Below, in pieces: positions 14,704-28,194 of a stretch of 64,000 nt of DNA. How positions within the stretch are numbered: position 1 is the stretch's first letter; every line of letters starts with the position of its first letter. The notes beneath the pieces are model-generated. The model was given only the letters and a program-made list of their open reading frames with translations, made no database searches and had not been told where the DNA came from. This DNA is from Mantamonas sphyraenae STR306 (taxonomy: Eukaryota; Protista; CRuMs). The stretch lies in contig JAPMXV010000053.1 of NCBI GenBank assembly GCA_026936335.1, forward strand, positions 310,001-374,000, in the 5' to 3' direction. The position numbers were made by a program, and so were the translations under genes.

Positions 14704-17700
14704 TCATTTCAATGTGATTCCAATCCCACTCAGCATCTTGTTCAGCGTGCCCTGCCACGTGTAAATGGCCTCCTTGAGTTTTGGCACCTGCTTGGCCACA
14801 GACACCAGCTCGTTCACCACCTTGCGCACGTAGTCCTTGTCCACAGCTCCGCTGTCGATCTTTGCCTCCAACACCGCAAACAAATGCTGCAGAAACACCG
14901 TCTGGCGGTATTCCACAAACCCATCGTGATCCTGCATACACAGCACGCCCTTGAACAGATTGAAAAACAGCGGCACATCCTTGAGCTCTGCGTCGTTGAA
15001 GCTCTCCATCAGCGTGCGCATCACCATCCGTGTCCCTCGCGCATTCAACCAGCACCAGTGCTTGGCAATCTCTCGAAGCGCATTCGGTTGGATGTCGTCG
15101 GTGATCACCTGGTACACAAAGCGTGGATCCAGCACCGCCTGCCACGCGTTCTCGTCGATGTCCACTGCCACGTCGAACCGCTGTGTCGTGCTCTCTGCAC
15201 ATTCCTGCAGCTCCGGCATGGCCGGCTCTTCCACTTCCCATTCCTCTGTTGCATCTCTTCCACCTGACGGATCCTCATCGCCCTCGCCCTGCGTCTGCTC
15301 CCCGCCTTCCTTCCCTGCCTCTTTCTTGGCGTCTTTCTCAACTCCATCCGTCTGCTCGTCCCCACTGCCAGTCTTTGCACTTTCTTCGCCTTCTGCACTC
15401 TCACCCTGCGTACCCAAGGACGACTCCTCGGGGAAGATGTCGGTGCGCGCTCCACACACCAGCAGCGCAATCACCTCCAGACACTGGTTGAACACGCTGG
15501 TCTTGTATGCCATTTGCGCGTTGTACGAGTCGCTATTGGTGCGGTGCAGCTTGCCCTTGCCCTTTGCCCCGCTCCCTGCGCTCCCGCTCCCGCTCTTGGC
15601 CTTGCTCTTGTTCTCCTGCACGAAATCGGTGGTTTCCAGCAAGTAAAAGTTCACAAACTGCTGCACATACTGTCGCTCAAGAAGCAGAGCCGTTTCGTGC
15701 GCGCCATACTCAACCACGTCCCTCACCAACCCCACATACTCGCCAAAGTGAGGCCGCTTCGACTTGCCCGCTGGCTTCAACAGGTCACGCAACATGTCCA
15801 CAAAGCCCAACACGTGCCCTGTCCCTTCCTGGTTTCCACTCGCCACGCTCTCGCCCGCCGTCTTGTCACCTCGGTATGCACTGTACATCTGGCCGCTTTC
15901 CGTCTCCATCACACCCTCCAGGCTCACCCACAGCAGATCCACAAACGCCACGCGCATGTCGCTGTTGGGAGCGTGCAAAAGCAACTGCACAACCCACTCG
16001 CGTCTCCTCACACATTCGTCCAGCAGATGTTGGCCGCAGCGCTCGTCCCTCTTGACCAGTGCCGCAAGCAGCTTCACACCACGCACGTACATCTCCTGGT
16101 GCTTTGAATGGCCAATGATGTCAAACAGTACGCGCGACGCAAGCTTGTACGCATCCCACGTACGCGGATCCACAGCAACATCCTCCGCGTCCTCCTCATC
16201 CCCACCGTCACCGTCACCTCCACCGTCACCCTCACTTGCGCGTGCGCCTCCCTCGCTTTGCCTCTCGCCAGGTTGCTTGTCATCTGTCTTTCCCTCGTCT
16301 CCCGCGGCCTCCTTCGCGGCCTCCTCACCGGCCACGTCCACCAACATCGACATCACAAACTCGAAGAAGGACGTGTCGTAGAAGTGCAGCTCCTGCATGA
16401 ACATGCGGTTCTCGCTCCAGATGTACTCCCACACATCCAGGGGCACGCCTGCATACTGCTGCTGCAGGTGTTGGTACAGTGCATGCGAGCTCAGCGCCTC
16501 CTCCAGATCTCCAACGCTCACCTCCTCGTCCACATGGCCCACACTTGCGCCGCCAACACTGCTCCCATGCACACTCCCGGCCTCCACCTCAATCGCGGGA
16601 GGCTTGCTTTCCTCCGCTGCTACTGGCTCTTCCGGGGCCGCCACAGTCGCCACTGCCTGCACTTGTCCACCTTCGCCCTCCCCATTGTCCTCCTGCTCCT
16701 GTTCCTCAGTTTCCTCATCCTCAACGTCGACCACCTCCTCAACCGGAACCTCGACCACTTCTTCCTCCTCGGCATCCTCTTCCACATCCTCACGAGGCGT
16801 CGCTGTGTATTCTCGCTGCGTGTACAGCAGGATGTACGCACTGTAGAACTTTTGGTTGTCGTCAAAGTCGTCCGGGTTGTACCCCACGATGTTGCTCACC
16901 GTACGCGTTTTCTTCTTTTTGGGCAGGTCTCCCCCAAAGCACTTCTCTGGAATGTCGCGTGGATTGAACTCCCGCACAACCGTGTCGTTAAACTCCAGCC
17001 ACTGACCGCGCACAAGACTCCAGTTCTGCGCTTCTCCGTCCTGTGGCTCGTCCGCTTCCTCCACCACCGGTCCGTTGTCCGCGTCCACTCGGATGAACGA
17101 ATAGTAGTGCCCACCGTGTGCCCCGCCACTGTGCACTAGGATGCCGCTCAGATCGTACGTGTAGTACCCGTCCGAATACGTCTCCTTTGGCAGGAATCGC
17201 TGCAGCTCTTCCTCCCGCCCCACCTCCTCCTCTGTTGACTGCTCTCCCATCAGACCCACCTCTTCGCCGCCTTCTTCGGCTCCCTCTGCTGCGGCTGCGG
17301 CGGCGGCGTCTGCCTCGCCGCTCAGCTGCCGGGTTTCCTGCGCGGCCCTTTCCTGCTCCACCAGGCCTTGCAGCGTGTACGGGCGCATGTTGAGCACCGC
17401 AGGAAACTCCACACGGTCCTTGATCTTCACCTGCATCAGCGTCTCAAAGTCAAAATCAAAGCGCTTGAGGTGCACCATCAGATTCTTGGGCAGTTCGGAA
17501 ATGCAGCACCTTCGCACGGCGTCCACGTACGCGTCGCATCGTTCACAGTAGTATTGATTGTTGCCCGACAGCATGTCGCCGTCCACAAACAGGTCCAACG
17601 CCTCCTGTACGTTGTGCTTGTTCTTGATCGACAAGCTCAGCGTGAACAAGTCGTCGTATCGGCCAGACACATGCTTACATCCGTGTGAAATGATTTGGTA

Positions 17701-20284
17701 CAGGAGACTGCCGCCAAACGATGCGCGCACCGCCTCGCCGGCTGTTCCTTCGATGCGTTCAAACAGCCGGTTCAGAAACTCGTTCGCATCCTCCTGGCGA
17801 TGCAAGTTGATTGGGTTTCCATCCTCGTCCTTGAACGCCATGCAGAAGGGAAGAGTGTTGTACGACTGCAGCTCGCTTTCCATCAGGTACGCAAACACAA
17901 CCTGCATCTGGTACTGCAACGAGTCGGACTTGTCCGCCCCGGCAGCGGCCTCTTGCCGGATCTGCAGTAGCTTGTCGCGGAAGCCCGACGCGTGGAACAG
18001 CTGCTGCAGACTTGCGTTCATGTAGCATGTGTTTCCCTGATTCTTCAGGCCAAGGTATCCCGTGGGTGACTTGCGCCGCACTCCCGGCGTGTACGCCCAC
18101 TCCTCTGTTGTTGCCACCTGCGCAAGCTCGTCGCACAACAGCTGCGTCAGCTCGGCAAAGTTCTCGGGACACTCGCTCACCAACGTCACCAAAAGGTGGA
18201 AAGCAGACGAGCGCAGAGTCTCGGTTTTGCACCTGGGCGGTACGGGCGTGTTTGCCGTCCTGTCCAGCTCCTCAAAGTCGGGCAACTCGAACAGGTCGTT
18301 GACCAGCTGCCCCACGAGGCCGCAATACTCTTTGCTCCCCGCAAACAGTTGCAGCTGCGCGGAACCGCGCGTCAGCAGCCGCACCAGGTTGAAGAGACCC
18401 AGCAGTTTCTTGTCCGGATCGTCCACCTCCACACTGTGCACCGTCTCTCGGATCTCCCGCTGCGTGATCATTGTGGCGTACTTTCGGATCACTGTCGTGT
18501 TGCGCACCGATGTCTCGCTGTCGGGCGACATGGTGAGTGGCGCCTGTTCAAAACTATTCTGGATCAGCTCCTCCAGAACCACAAAGTAGTGATCGAAACT
18601 CGACGGCTCCCGATCCAGGGTGTCCAGTCGGTCCATGAATCCCAGCAGGGTGCGTGTGAAAAACGTCACTGGCGGGTTCTCCATCAGCAGCGTCTCCTCC
18701 GTAGCGCGACACATCCGCGACACGGCCGAAGCAGTGTTTTCACGCACCAGTTCGTTGGTCGAGAGAAGCAGCAAGTCAAAAAGACAATCTGGCAGCAGGT
18801 CGTCCGCATACATGGGGTTGAGGCCGTCGCTGCCCAACTCCGCGAGGGCAACCAGGTACGCCAGCACAGAACGAGCCAACTCACCCTCGTCAATCACCGA
18901 CGAGCTGCTGCGTGTGCCCGACACAGCCTTGGCCACACTCGCGGTCGCCCACTTGCTGGTCGACGCCTCTGCTGAAGCTGCGGCGGCGACGTGGCTCGGC
19001 ACACGTGAACCCAGCGTGTACAACGCCTGCACGAGCTTCGTCACAAGGACGTCGTATTCTACGTACGAGGCGACGTGTCCAATCTGCAGCATCGACTGGT
19101 TGTCCTCAAACAGCGGCTCCAGCGAGAAAAAGTTGATCAAGCGAAAGATGAGCGTGACACACTCCAGCTGTACGTCGCGCACGGGCTGTGCTTTGTCGCC
19201 CGTCCAGTCCAGGAAGTTTACAGACACCACCAGCGAATACAAATATTGCACGCCGCCGCTCAGTGCAAAGTTCTTGCACCACTGCACCGTCTGTGTGCGG
19301 TTGCGCGTGGAATCGCTTAGGAGCGACTGGATCACCGAATCGACAATGAGCAGGCTGTACAGTTGCTTGTACGACAACTCGGTGTGGAAAAGCTCCTCCC
19401 ACCGGATCGAAGCTGCCTTCTTGCTGTCTTGCACGCGATCAAACGCTTGCAGGACGCGGCTGCTCGTGGGCAGCATACGCAGCACAGCCCACACCATATG
19501 TGCCACCTGCGGCGACGCATCAAACAGGGCAAACAGCTGGTCGACGTACGCATCCTCAGACAGGACCTCGGCAGGCGTCGGATCACGCTTGCTCAGCTTC
19601 GTGGCCAGCTGCGAGAACAGACCTGGCTTGTTCTTGCCACCCTTGCCTGCCCCGCCATTGTTCTTCACCCCAATGACGTTCAGCTGATCGTGGAGCTGCG
19701 ACAACGCCACGTCGTCTCCACTTTCGCCGCCCGAGCCTCCCCCGCTGCTGCTGCCACTCTCGCCTGCGACACCTTCATCCTCCTCCTCGGTTTTGAAGAA
19801 CCATCCTGCGATGCCCTTGCTGCGTTTGCGCGAGTGGCCCTTTTCGCCTCCCTCAGCCCCATTTGCAGTGGATGAGCTTCCCGATGTGCTTCCTCCTCGC
19901 GAAGCTGAGCTGCCGTACACGAGACGCACAGACACGCGTGCCTTGTGGCCAACCTTGAGCTCGCTAAGCCGCTTCTCGTCCGCCTTGAGCTGCTTCTTAC
20001 CCATCCACAGCGTAAACTCCTTTTCCAGGCCGATTTCAGGCGAAATCAGAGCCCGCAATTCCATCAGTTTATCGTTGGAGTAGCATTGGATGGTCATGGT
20101 CTTGCTAGCATGCACCACCGTCACTGCAATTGGAATGCCACGTGGATCGGGGCCCAGCGACGGGAACACTGCAATCGCCTCACGATTGAGTTCCGGATTG
20201 CGTGCATACGCTGCCAAGAAGTGGTGCAGGATTCGCAAACAACGCAGCACACGTTGCTCGCTCATGACTGGCCACTCTTGGTCC

Positions 20285-20338
<54 letters not shown>

Positions 20339-23300
20339 CTGCTGTTGCCTGCTTTTGCCTTGCGGTTCTCCTCCTCCACCATCTTGCGCCAGTCGGCACT
20401 CGATTGCCGCTCCAGAGCCTGCATCAGCGGTGAGGAGCTGTCACCCAGATGCTCCATGCAGGTCTTTACAAACTGCTCGCGGATCACTGGTGCTTTCGGC
20501 TTGATGTCGGCATCGATGTCCAGGTAGATGTTACACAGCAGAGAGACTGCGTCCGAGGCCACGCTGTCGTCGGCTGCATCCAAGGCTACCTTCCACAGCG
20601 TCGACATGCCTGTCAGTTCGTGGCTGACTGTGCGAAAGCCGCTGACGGTGTTCTGGTGCAGCAGCAAAGTGCCCTTGCGGTAGTTGGCCAGCTTGAACAT
20701 GCGCTGGAATATCACAAAGGCTGCGTCGTCTACACAGGCTACAAACTCGTCCGTGCACATCTTGTCTGCAAACATGTACTCGCAGACCGAGGCGTCAAAC
20801 GCCTCAAAACCACCGGAGTTCTGGATGCTCGTCGTGGTCAGCCAGGCAAACCAAATGTGTCGTTCCTCAGGGTGGTGTGCATCCGTCACCAACGCCTGCC
20901 ACAACATGTCCAATTGAGCTGCGTTGATGAGCAGGCTCGAGTTGCGCAGAATCAGTTCGAGAAAGTTGAGCCGTGTTTGGATGCTCTCGATGCGCTCTTG
21001 GATCGCCTCTTCGTCGGGCTGTCCCGCATGTGCTTCGTAATTGTACTGCAGTAGGTCGTTGAAGGCAAGGTCGAGCAGGTTGTGGCGCTTTTGCAGGTTG
21101 GTGATCGTTTCGTTCTTGTCGCGCGGATGCTTCACCATGGCAATGAGGTCCGAGAGCAGGCGCAGGCTCTTGGCCACCGAGATACCGTCGGCAATGTTGA
21201 TGACACACAGGTCCATGTACTCGTTGCGCAGATCCTTGACCCCGTTGAAGTTGAGGAGATAGGTCAGCGCCGCGTACGCCTCCTTGGACGCCTCCTTGCT
21301 GATATGCTGCAGAGCATCATCGTGGATCAGATCCCAAAGGATGGGCAGGCCGTATTGGCAGTCTGCATCGCCTCGAGGACGCTTGTTCAGGGCCGACTTT
21401 GTGAACTCGCGCAGAAACTCCACTGTGGCCACGTCGTATTCTTGATAGGGAAAGTTTTTGATGGCCGAGTCAAACAAACTTTTGATGGGCTTGTAAGCGA
21501 GGAAGGAAAGGAGGTCACGCACAAAGTTGAGCACCAGGTGCTTGATGGACTCGTGCTGGCCGACGCAGGAGTTGCACAGCGACTTGAGAATCGACATCTG
21601 CATCTTGTTGTTGCGTGTGACAAACACAAGCAGATCGACGCTGTTCTTCAGGATCTCTGGATGGATGTCGTCGGTCGAAAACAAATCCTGAAGCAAGTTT
21701 GTCTGGGAAACGAAATCCAGCAGTTTCCTGGTGGAGAGGACAGTGTCAGGTGGGTGCACATGTGGGTCAACGACACAAACCGGTGGCTGGAAACGTACTC
21801 TTTGGTCACATGGAGGGCGGGCTGTGCGGCGGCGAGTTGCGCCGCGCGTGAGGAGGAGGATGTGGCGCCTGTGAGCCTGCTGATCATGGAGCTGAGCAAG
21901 CTGGTGGTGGCTGGCTTCTTGCAGATGCGCTTGAGGTCGGTGAGGCCCGAAATGCGTACGTCCATGACGTCTGCAGCGAGGCAGCGCTGGATGACTTCCA
22001 GCTCGAGCTGGCCGAGGGTCTCGAGAACCGAGATCAGGCTGGACTCCACACGAAGGATGGGTGCCATGGAGGCAATCTGCGAATAGAGGTTCTCCTTGGT
22101 GGCCGGGTTGCGCAGGTCAGTTTCGGTGAGGGAGTCGATGCGGCGACGCAGGACAACCTCGAGGGCGTCGCTGAACTTCTTGCAGGCTTTGGCAGAGAGG
22201 AATTTGATGGTGGGTTGCACGGCCTTCAGCAGCTCTGTGGCCATGTCGGGATTCGAATCAAAGACGCGCACGAGATTGACATATCCGTTTGCCTCTCCAA
22301 ACGCGTTGATGTTGGAGACGTAGAGGACGGAGGTGGTGCGGTCGTATTGCTGTGTGGAATCAGGTAGACAGTGGGAAGGAAGAGGGTAAGCGGCGGGTGC
22401 GTGGTGAGCCAAAGGGAGGGCGCCTAGATTCAGCCACGACGCAGACGTACGGGGAAGCCAGCCCAGGTTTTGTTGGCCTCGACGTTGAAGCGACGCTTGC
22501 CATTGAGGCGGAGCGACTGCACAGGAAGGGAGGCGGGAGTCAGTGAGCAGTCACAAGAAGGAGGAGTGGAATCACGGAGCGGAGATGGTTGTGGGGGAAG
22601 GGAAGGCACAGGGCGAGGTCGACGAGAGGACAACGCGCACAAACCCACCTGACGGACTTTGTCCCACTGGGAGCCTGTCTTTGCCACACGCAAATAGACC
22701 ATCTGCGAGGTGTTGAAGATAGATGTGATTGTGCCTGCTGTGTGTTGGAGGTAGAGCGGGCTGAGCAGGTGCTTGGCAAAGCAGCGGAGGGACTGCTGGA
22801 AGAGGGCGATCAGCTCCGGCACGTCATCGTTTCGAACAGAGCTGTGCAGCAGGACACAGGGTCAGTTGATGGGGCATGCACAGACAGACAATGGTGTGGG
22901 CAGTTTGGGGAACGTACGTGCGGCACATGGTGATCTGCAATGCCAAAGGCAGCGTGTCTGTGAAGAAGTGCACAGCTCGTGTGCTGTGTTCCTTCTCAAG
23001 CTCTTCGATGAGTCGAGCCAATTCACTGAGCGTTTCACCGATTTGTTTCTCTGTGGGGCGTAAGGAACGCGTGAACGGGTGGCATGGGGGCCTTTGGGTC
23101 AGCCTCCGCCGAACTGCGTGACGGCCCAATTCGCCGCAATTCCCAGGGACTTACCTTTTTCCAAACTCTTGGCCAAAGCATGCCATGCCTCCTGCGTGGC
23201 TTCGTCCATGTTCTCAATTATCTCTTGCTCTTCCAGTGATTCCTGGGGTGTTACGTCACCCGTTGCGTCTTGTGTGTCATCCACGGTCACGATGTTACTG

Positions 23301-23440
23301 CCGCCTTCATCCGTCACGTGCTCCTGGGCCGCCTCGGCCTCAGGGGTCTTTGTCGTCGTTGTTGATGGTTCACTTTGGTGCGACACCTCGTTTTGTGCTG
23401 CAGGTGTGCCCTGGGAATCGTCGTTGCCTGTGGACGACAT
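14704..23440 (-). CDS. Ubiquitin-specific protease, USP9/24/34 (FAF) family
   Basis: Cys box GLKNQGNTCYMNASLQQLF, QEDANEF, His box GILVHSGGAHGGHYYSFIR, WLEFNDTVV; long helical N-terminus with UBL-like segment. GT-AG introns 23154-23051, 22917-22842, 22648-22517, 22450-22350, 21798-21728. Confidence 0.9.
20285..20347. repeat. Trinucleotide repeat encoding a poly-Ser/Asn tract in the USP gene
   Basis: (gct/gtt)n on the plus strand; protein NSSNSSSSSSNSSSSSSNSS. Confidence 0.85.
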
Positions 23441-23524
23441 GGCCGTGACTGCGTGGGTTTTGGTTCGGGTTGCGGGCCGCCGTTTCGCCCACACCATCGC
23501 TTGCATGAATCCAGACCTCGTGCG

Positions 23525-24442
23525 ATGAGTCAAACGTTGGATCAGCTATTGTTGGCTGTGCGCAAGCGGCCACGTGTAATGTTTGACGACACTGAGGACG
23601 ACGAAGGTGCAGACGCTGCTGGTGGTGCCACGAACGCGAGAAGCAAGGACGCAGAAGCGTCTGAGAGTCAAATGCGGGATGTGGCGCCTCAAACTGCACA
23701 AACACTGTCTGGGGAAGTCACACAATCACACAGCAACACATCACAGCCTTCCAAGGGCTCGACTTCCGAGCAAGGGGCGCTGAAGCGACAGCGTGTGGAC
23801 TCCCAACCCCAGGAGGCAGAGTATACAAGGCTATCCAACGGGCGCATGGTACCCAAAGCAAGTGCAAAGGTGCCATGCAAGTTCTGGATGCGTGGCAAGT
23901 GTCGCGCCGGGGCGGAATGCCCCTTTAAGCACGCGGGCGTCCAACAACAGCGCCGCAAAGAGCTGTGCCAGTATTTTATCAACGGAGCGTGCGCCAAGGG
24001 TGACGCATGCACGTTTTCCCACGACGTGAGCAAGGAGCCATGCAAACACTTCTTTGTGCGCAAGAACTGCCAGCGGGGAGACGCTTGCCCCTTTTCTCAC
24101 GAGCCCATGAGCGATTCCAGACTCCATCGATGGTTACGGAGCATCTCTAAGAAGCAAGTGATGAAAGGAGACATGGAGGCAGAGCTGGAGCGGCGCAAGG
24201 CCCTGTACGCCTCGTCGTCGGACTCGGTGGAAGGATCGTCGACAAGCACACACACAGCAGAGCTTGGGCGGACGGAGCGTCCGCCATTGCATCAGGGTTG
24301 GCAAGCGGTGACGGAGGACAATGTGATGCAGCTGCTGGGCAGCAAGGAGACGAGGCCGTCGTCGCCTTCTGTGCAAAGCTCGACACAGGGCCTGGACCTG
24401 CTTACGGGAAAGCCTCGCACGGAACAAAATCCGTATTCATGA
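23525..24442 (+). CDS. Triple CCCH zinc-finger protein (ZC3H4/6/8-like)
   Basis: CKFWMRGKCRAGAECPFKH, CQYFINGACAKGDACTFSH, CKHFFVRKNCQRGDACPFSH. Confidence 0.85.
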   Translation: MSQTLDQLLLAVRKRPRVMFDDTEDDEGADAAGGATNARSKDAEASESQMRDVAPQTAQTLSGEVTQSHSNTSQPSKGSTSEQGALKRQRVDSQPQEAEYTRLSNGRMVPKASAKVPCKFWMRGKCRAGAECPFKHAGVQQQRRKELCQYFINGACAKGDACTFSHDVSKEPCKHFFVRKNCQRGDACPFSHEPMSDSRLHRWLRSISKKQVMKGDMEAELERRKALYASSSDSVEGSSTSTHTAELGRTERPPLHQGWQAVTEDNVMQLLGSKETRPSSPSVQSSTQGLDLLTGKPRTEQNPYS

Positions 24443-24495
24443 TTCTCACCATCTCTCCCTCCCTCTCTCTCTCTTTCTTGATGCTCCCTCCATCA

Positions 24496-27400
24496 TCAAC
24501 GTCGCTTTCCCTTGCCCTTGCCCTTGCCCTTGGAGGCCTTCCACTTGCCCTTGTGTTTGTTGCCGCCCTTCTTGCTGCTTCCTGCACCGAGATGGAGCTG
24601 CGCATCCGGCACCATGGTCAGCAGCATCTCGTTCTGGCTGATGAGTTCGATGAGCTGCGTTTCCCGCTCAGTAGAGCCCTCTGTGCGCAGCATGGCGTTG
24701 ATGGCCTGCTGCGTTGACTTGCCCTTCTTCATACTGCCTGGCGTCACCTTGACCTTGTACTTGAAGTTGCTCATGGCACTGTAGGGTCCACACACTGTGA
24801 TGGCGTGCAGCAGGATGTCGTCTTCCTTGGGCATCGCTGTCAACGTGTCGATTTCAGACAGTTCCAGCTCTGTGTCCACCGTGTGCACTCCTTCCTCACG
24901 AAGCATGCGCTCGATGTCCTCTCGTTCCTGCTTCTTGCTCATTTTGCCTTCAAACTTGCCACCGCCTCGGCCGTTGCCCCGTTGTTGCTGCTGTTGTTGT
25001 TTACCTTTCCCCGAGTTGTCCTCGCCTTCCGCCTTCTCATCCTCCTCGTTCTCGGTGCCGTTCTTGTTCACCATGGCGTCGTAGTCAAAATCCTTTCCCT
25101 TGGGTGCAAGCAGCTTCAACGCATTCGCTTTGTCCTCCTCGTCCTGGTCCTGGTACTTCTTCTTCATCTTGCGCAGCTTGCGTCGTTGCCCACGGTTCAG
25201 CTCCTTGTTCTTCTTCTTTTTCTTCTTCTGCTGCGGCTTAGACGCCTCCCCTTCATCATTCTCCTCTTCACCCTCATCATCCTCATCATCCTCCTCTTCT
25301 TCCTCTTCCTCCTCTTCCTCCTCTTCCTCCTCTTCTTCCCCTGCCTCGTCTTCCTCCTCGGCTGCTGCTGCGGCCTCCTCCTGCTCCGCAAGGCGCTTTG
25401 CCTCTTCTTCTGCATCCTCTTGGATCTTCTCCTCCTGTTGGATGATGTGCGAGGCATCGACGCGAATGATCTGTCCATCCACCTCCACTTGCTTGACGCT
25501 CTCATCAAAGCCTCCGCCGTCGACTCCTGTGCTGTTGGCTGAAGGAAGCGAGGCAGAGGAGGACGATGAAGAACCTGCGTTCCACTCGTCGTCATCGCCG
25601 CCCCCATACGACTTGGGAGCGCGCTCGCCAATGTGGTTGCCGTACGAATCCTCGTGGAGACGGAACATAATACCAAAACCCATCACAAGGTCATTAGGAG
25701 GCAGCATGTTCTTCTTGCCACGCACCACGAAACTGCCGGTGGGCAGGTACTCGCCCGATTCGGCCGTTTTGCTCACTTGGTCGGCGTGCACCCACCACGA
25801 ACCCGTAGCCACCTTGTTCTTCCAGGCCTTGCTGCGGCACACGCTGGCCTGGCCAGCTTGGGCCAGAGTAAGCGGTGGGATCGGCTTCTTAGGATCGTGA
25901 TTCTTCACAATGCACGTCGCCGCACCGTGGATCTGCGCGTGCACGTAAGCATCCCCCTTTTTCAGGTACCGCTTGTACAAGAGCTCGTTCTGCTGCATGT
26001 CGCGACCACTGATTACCAGATAGTTCTCCGAGGTGACAAACCAGTCGAACTTCTCAAACCAGAACGTCTTGCGCACGGCCTTGATGCTCGACTTGATGCT
26101 CACCTTCTTCAGCTTCTCCCGCGTCTGCTTCTCTGCATCCTTGATGAGTTTGTCTGCGGCAGCCTTTGCCTTCTTCTGGCTGCTGGCGCTCTTCTTCTTC
26201 TTTTCGTAGTACGAGCGCGCGTTGGCAAACGCCGTCTGGTCGATGTCCACAGCAGTTTTGATGTACATGACCTCCTTTTCCGCCTCCTCAGAGTCCGAAT
26301 CATCCGAATCAGAATCACCATCGTCGTCGTCGTCCTTTTCGACGTCGTTCTCCCAGTCAACGTCCGGCAGCTGAAGCACCACCTGGTTCTTGGCCAACTT
26401 GAGGGAATCGATGAACTGGGCAATTTCGTTGCCCTTCTTCTTCTCTTCCTGGACGTATTCCTCGAGGTAGTCCCAGTCCATCTGGTTTGCAATGCCACTG
26501 CGCACGACTGTAAGGGCCTGGTCGATCTGTTCGGCAAACATGGTGATGAGCTCGGCCTTGCGTTCACTGAGCGTTTCCGTGCGCTCCAGCTCCTCAAGGC
26601 GGCGCTGGTGCAACGTTTTGGTCTTGTTCAGCTTCTTCATGATGGCTTTCTCCTCTGCAGCTCGCTTCATCTCCTCGCGCTGCATCTTGGATTTGGAAAA
26701 GAACTCGTCCACGGCCTTGTTGAAGGTCTCAAACTCCAGCGACGGCTTTCCGCTGTACTGCGCAAACAGGAACGGCACAAACTCTTCGTAGCTGTGCGTG
26801 GAACAGACAAAAGATGGGGAGATGGAGGGAGGGGGTGAGTGGGCTGTGAACGAGCAGGTGGGCGACATATAGACACGACGTACAAGGCCTTTTGATCTTC
26901 CTCTTGCTCCTCGGCGGTGGACGCATTGGAGGACGATGACGCTGACGTCGACGAGGAGGAGGAAGTGGTCTTTGCGTTGGCCTGGAGCACAATGTAACCC
27001 TTCTGATTGTCGGCGGTGATGTTTTCCAGGAGACTCTCGATGGCGAGCAGTTCCTCAGTCAAGCGAGTCACGTTTGCGTCCATGGCGTCCCTGTCTTTCT
27101 CGATGGCATCGACAACCTTGAGGGATGGACTGATGCCAGCTTGGATGAGGCAGTGTTCCACAGCCTCCTTACCGACGTCTGTGGAAATACGTGTGAGTTG
27201 CGGGCAAAGCAGCCGGATTCCAGGAATGCTTGGGAATGCACACGGCGGAAGGACGAAACGTACCCAAACGCCCACTGAGCCACTGTTTGATGGTGGCTTT
27301 GCGCTGCTCGCAGGCAGACAGATGGTCCCATACAAGGTCGCGGGTGATGGGTGTGTACTGGCGGGCGTTTTCGGTGGGGTACACGTCACCTGTGGCGTAA

Positions 27401-27998
27401 GTGACGTGCTTGTCGTTGTGTGCACCGCGGAGCAACGACAGGATCGTGTAGTTTGCATCGGTGAGAACCAGGTTTCCCGCAGCATAGAACTCGCAGAGCA
27501 GATGCACCTCCCATTCGCCCGTACCAAAGGTGATGTCGATCACGCGATCCACACCCACCTGGCGGATCGCCTCGATGCGCCGCGTGCGTACGTGTTTGCG
27601 CATCTGTGCAAACAAGATGATACGTGTGATGTGTGAGCGATCGTGTGATCGTGTGCAATGTGCTGACAGACTCCTTGGAGAAAACCTACAGCCGAGCTAA
27701 AGGCGTTTGGGGTGTCGCTCTTGTCCGTCTCGTACTCAGACGTATGGATGCGGATGCCCGACTCGATCAGCAGCAAAGTCTTGTAGCCCGAACGGCTCAG
27801 GCGCAGCAGGTACGTTTTGTTGTTGACGTCGTAGATGTTTGCCACGCGCAGGCCTGTGTGGAGGAGTTGTCCACGTGAGCACGTGTAGGATCAAGGCGGG
27901 GCTGAGCAAGGGTGCATGTACGTACCTTTGGTCAGAGCCTCCAGGTTGCGGCAGGCGACCATGATGTCGAAGGAGCTCATGCGGTTTTTCAGGGGCAT
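24496..27998 (-). CDS. NEMF: Ribosome quality control factor NEMF/Rqc2
   Basis: MPLKNRMSSFDI, LRVANIYD, GVDRVI, FWFEKFDWF, GRDMQQNE, YLPTGSFVVRGKKN, YKYKVKVTPG. Introns 27925-27854, 27689-27604, 27263-27179, 26883-26792. Confidence 0.95.
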
Positions 27999-28194
27999 GG
28001 CGGCTGTGGTGTTTGGTTTTGGGTGGTGGGAGCGACGCAGGCCCGTTCATGGAAGAAGGGAGGAGGAGAAGATGATGATGTCCAAAAGCAGCCACAGAGG
28101 TTGAACAAAGCCCTGGAAGAGACAAAGAGCACAGGAGCAAGTGAGAGGGCGAAGGAAACCCTGCCGCTGGCGAACCCACCGAAACCCAGCGAGA

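Noticed and set aside
25255-25345. Long pyrimidine-rich tandem-like tract
   Set aside because: Encodes the poly-Glu/Asp linker of NEMF; not an array.
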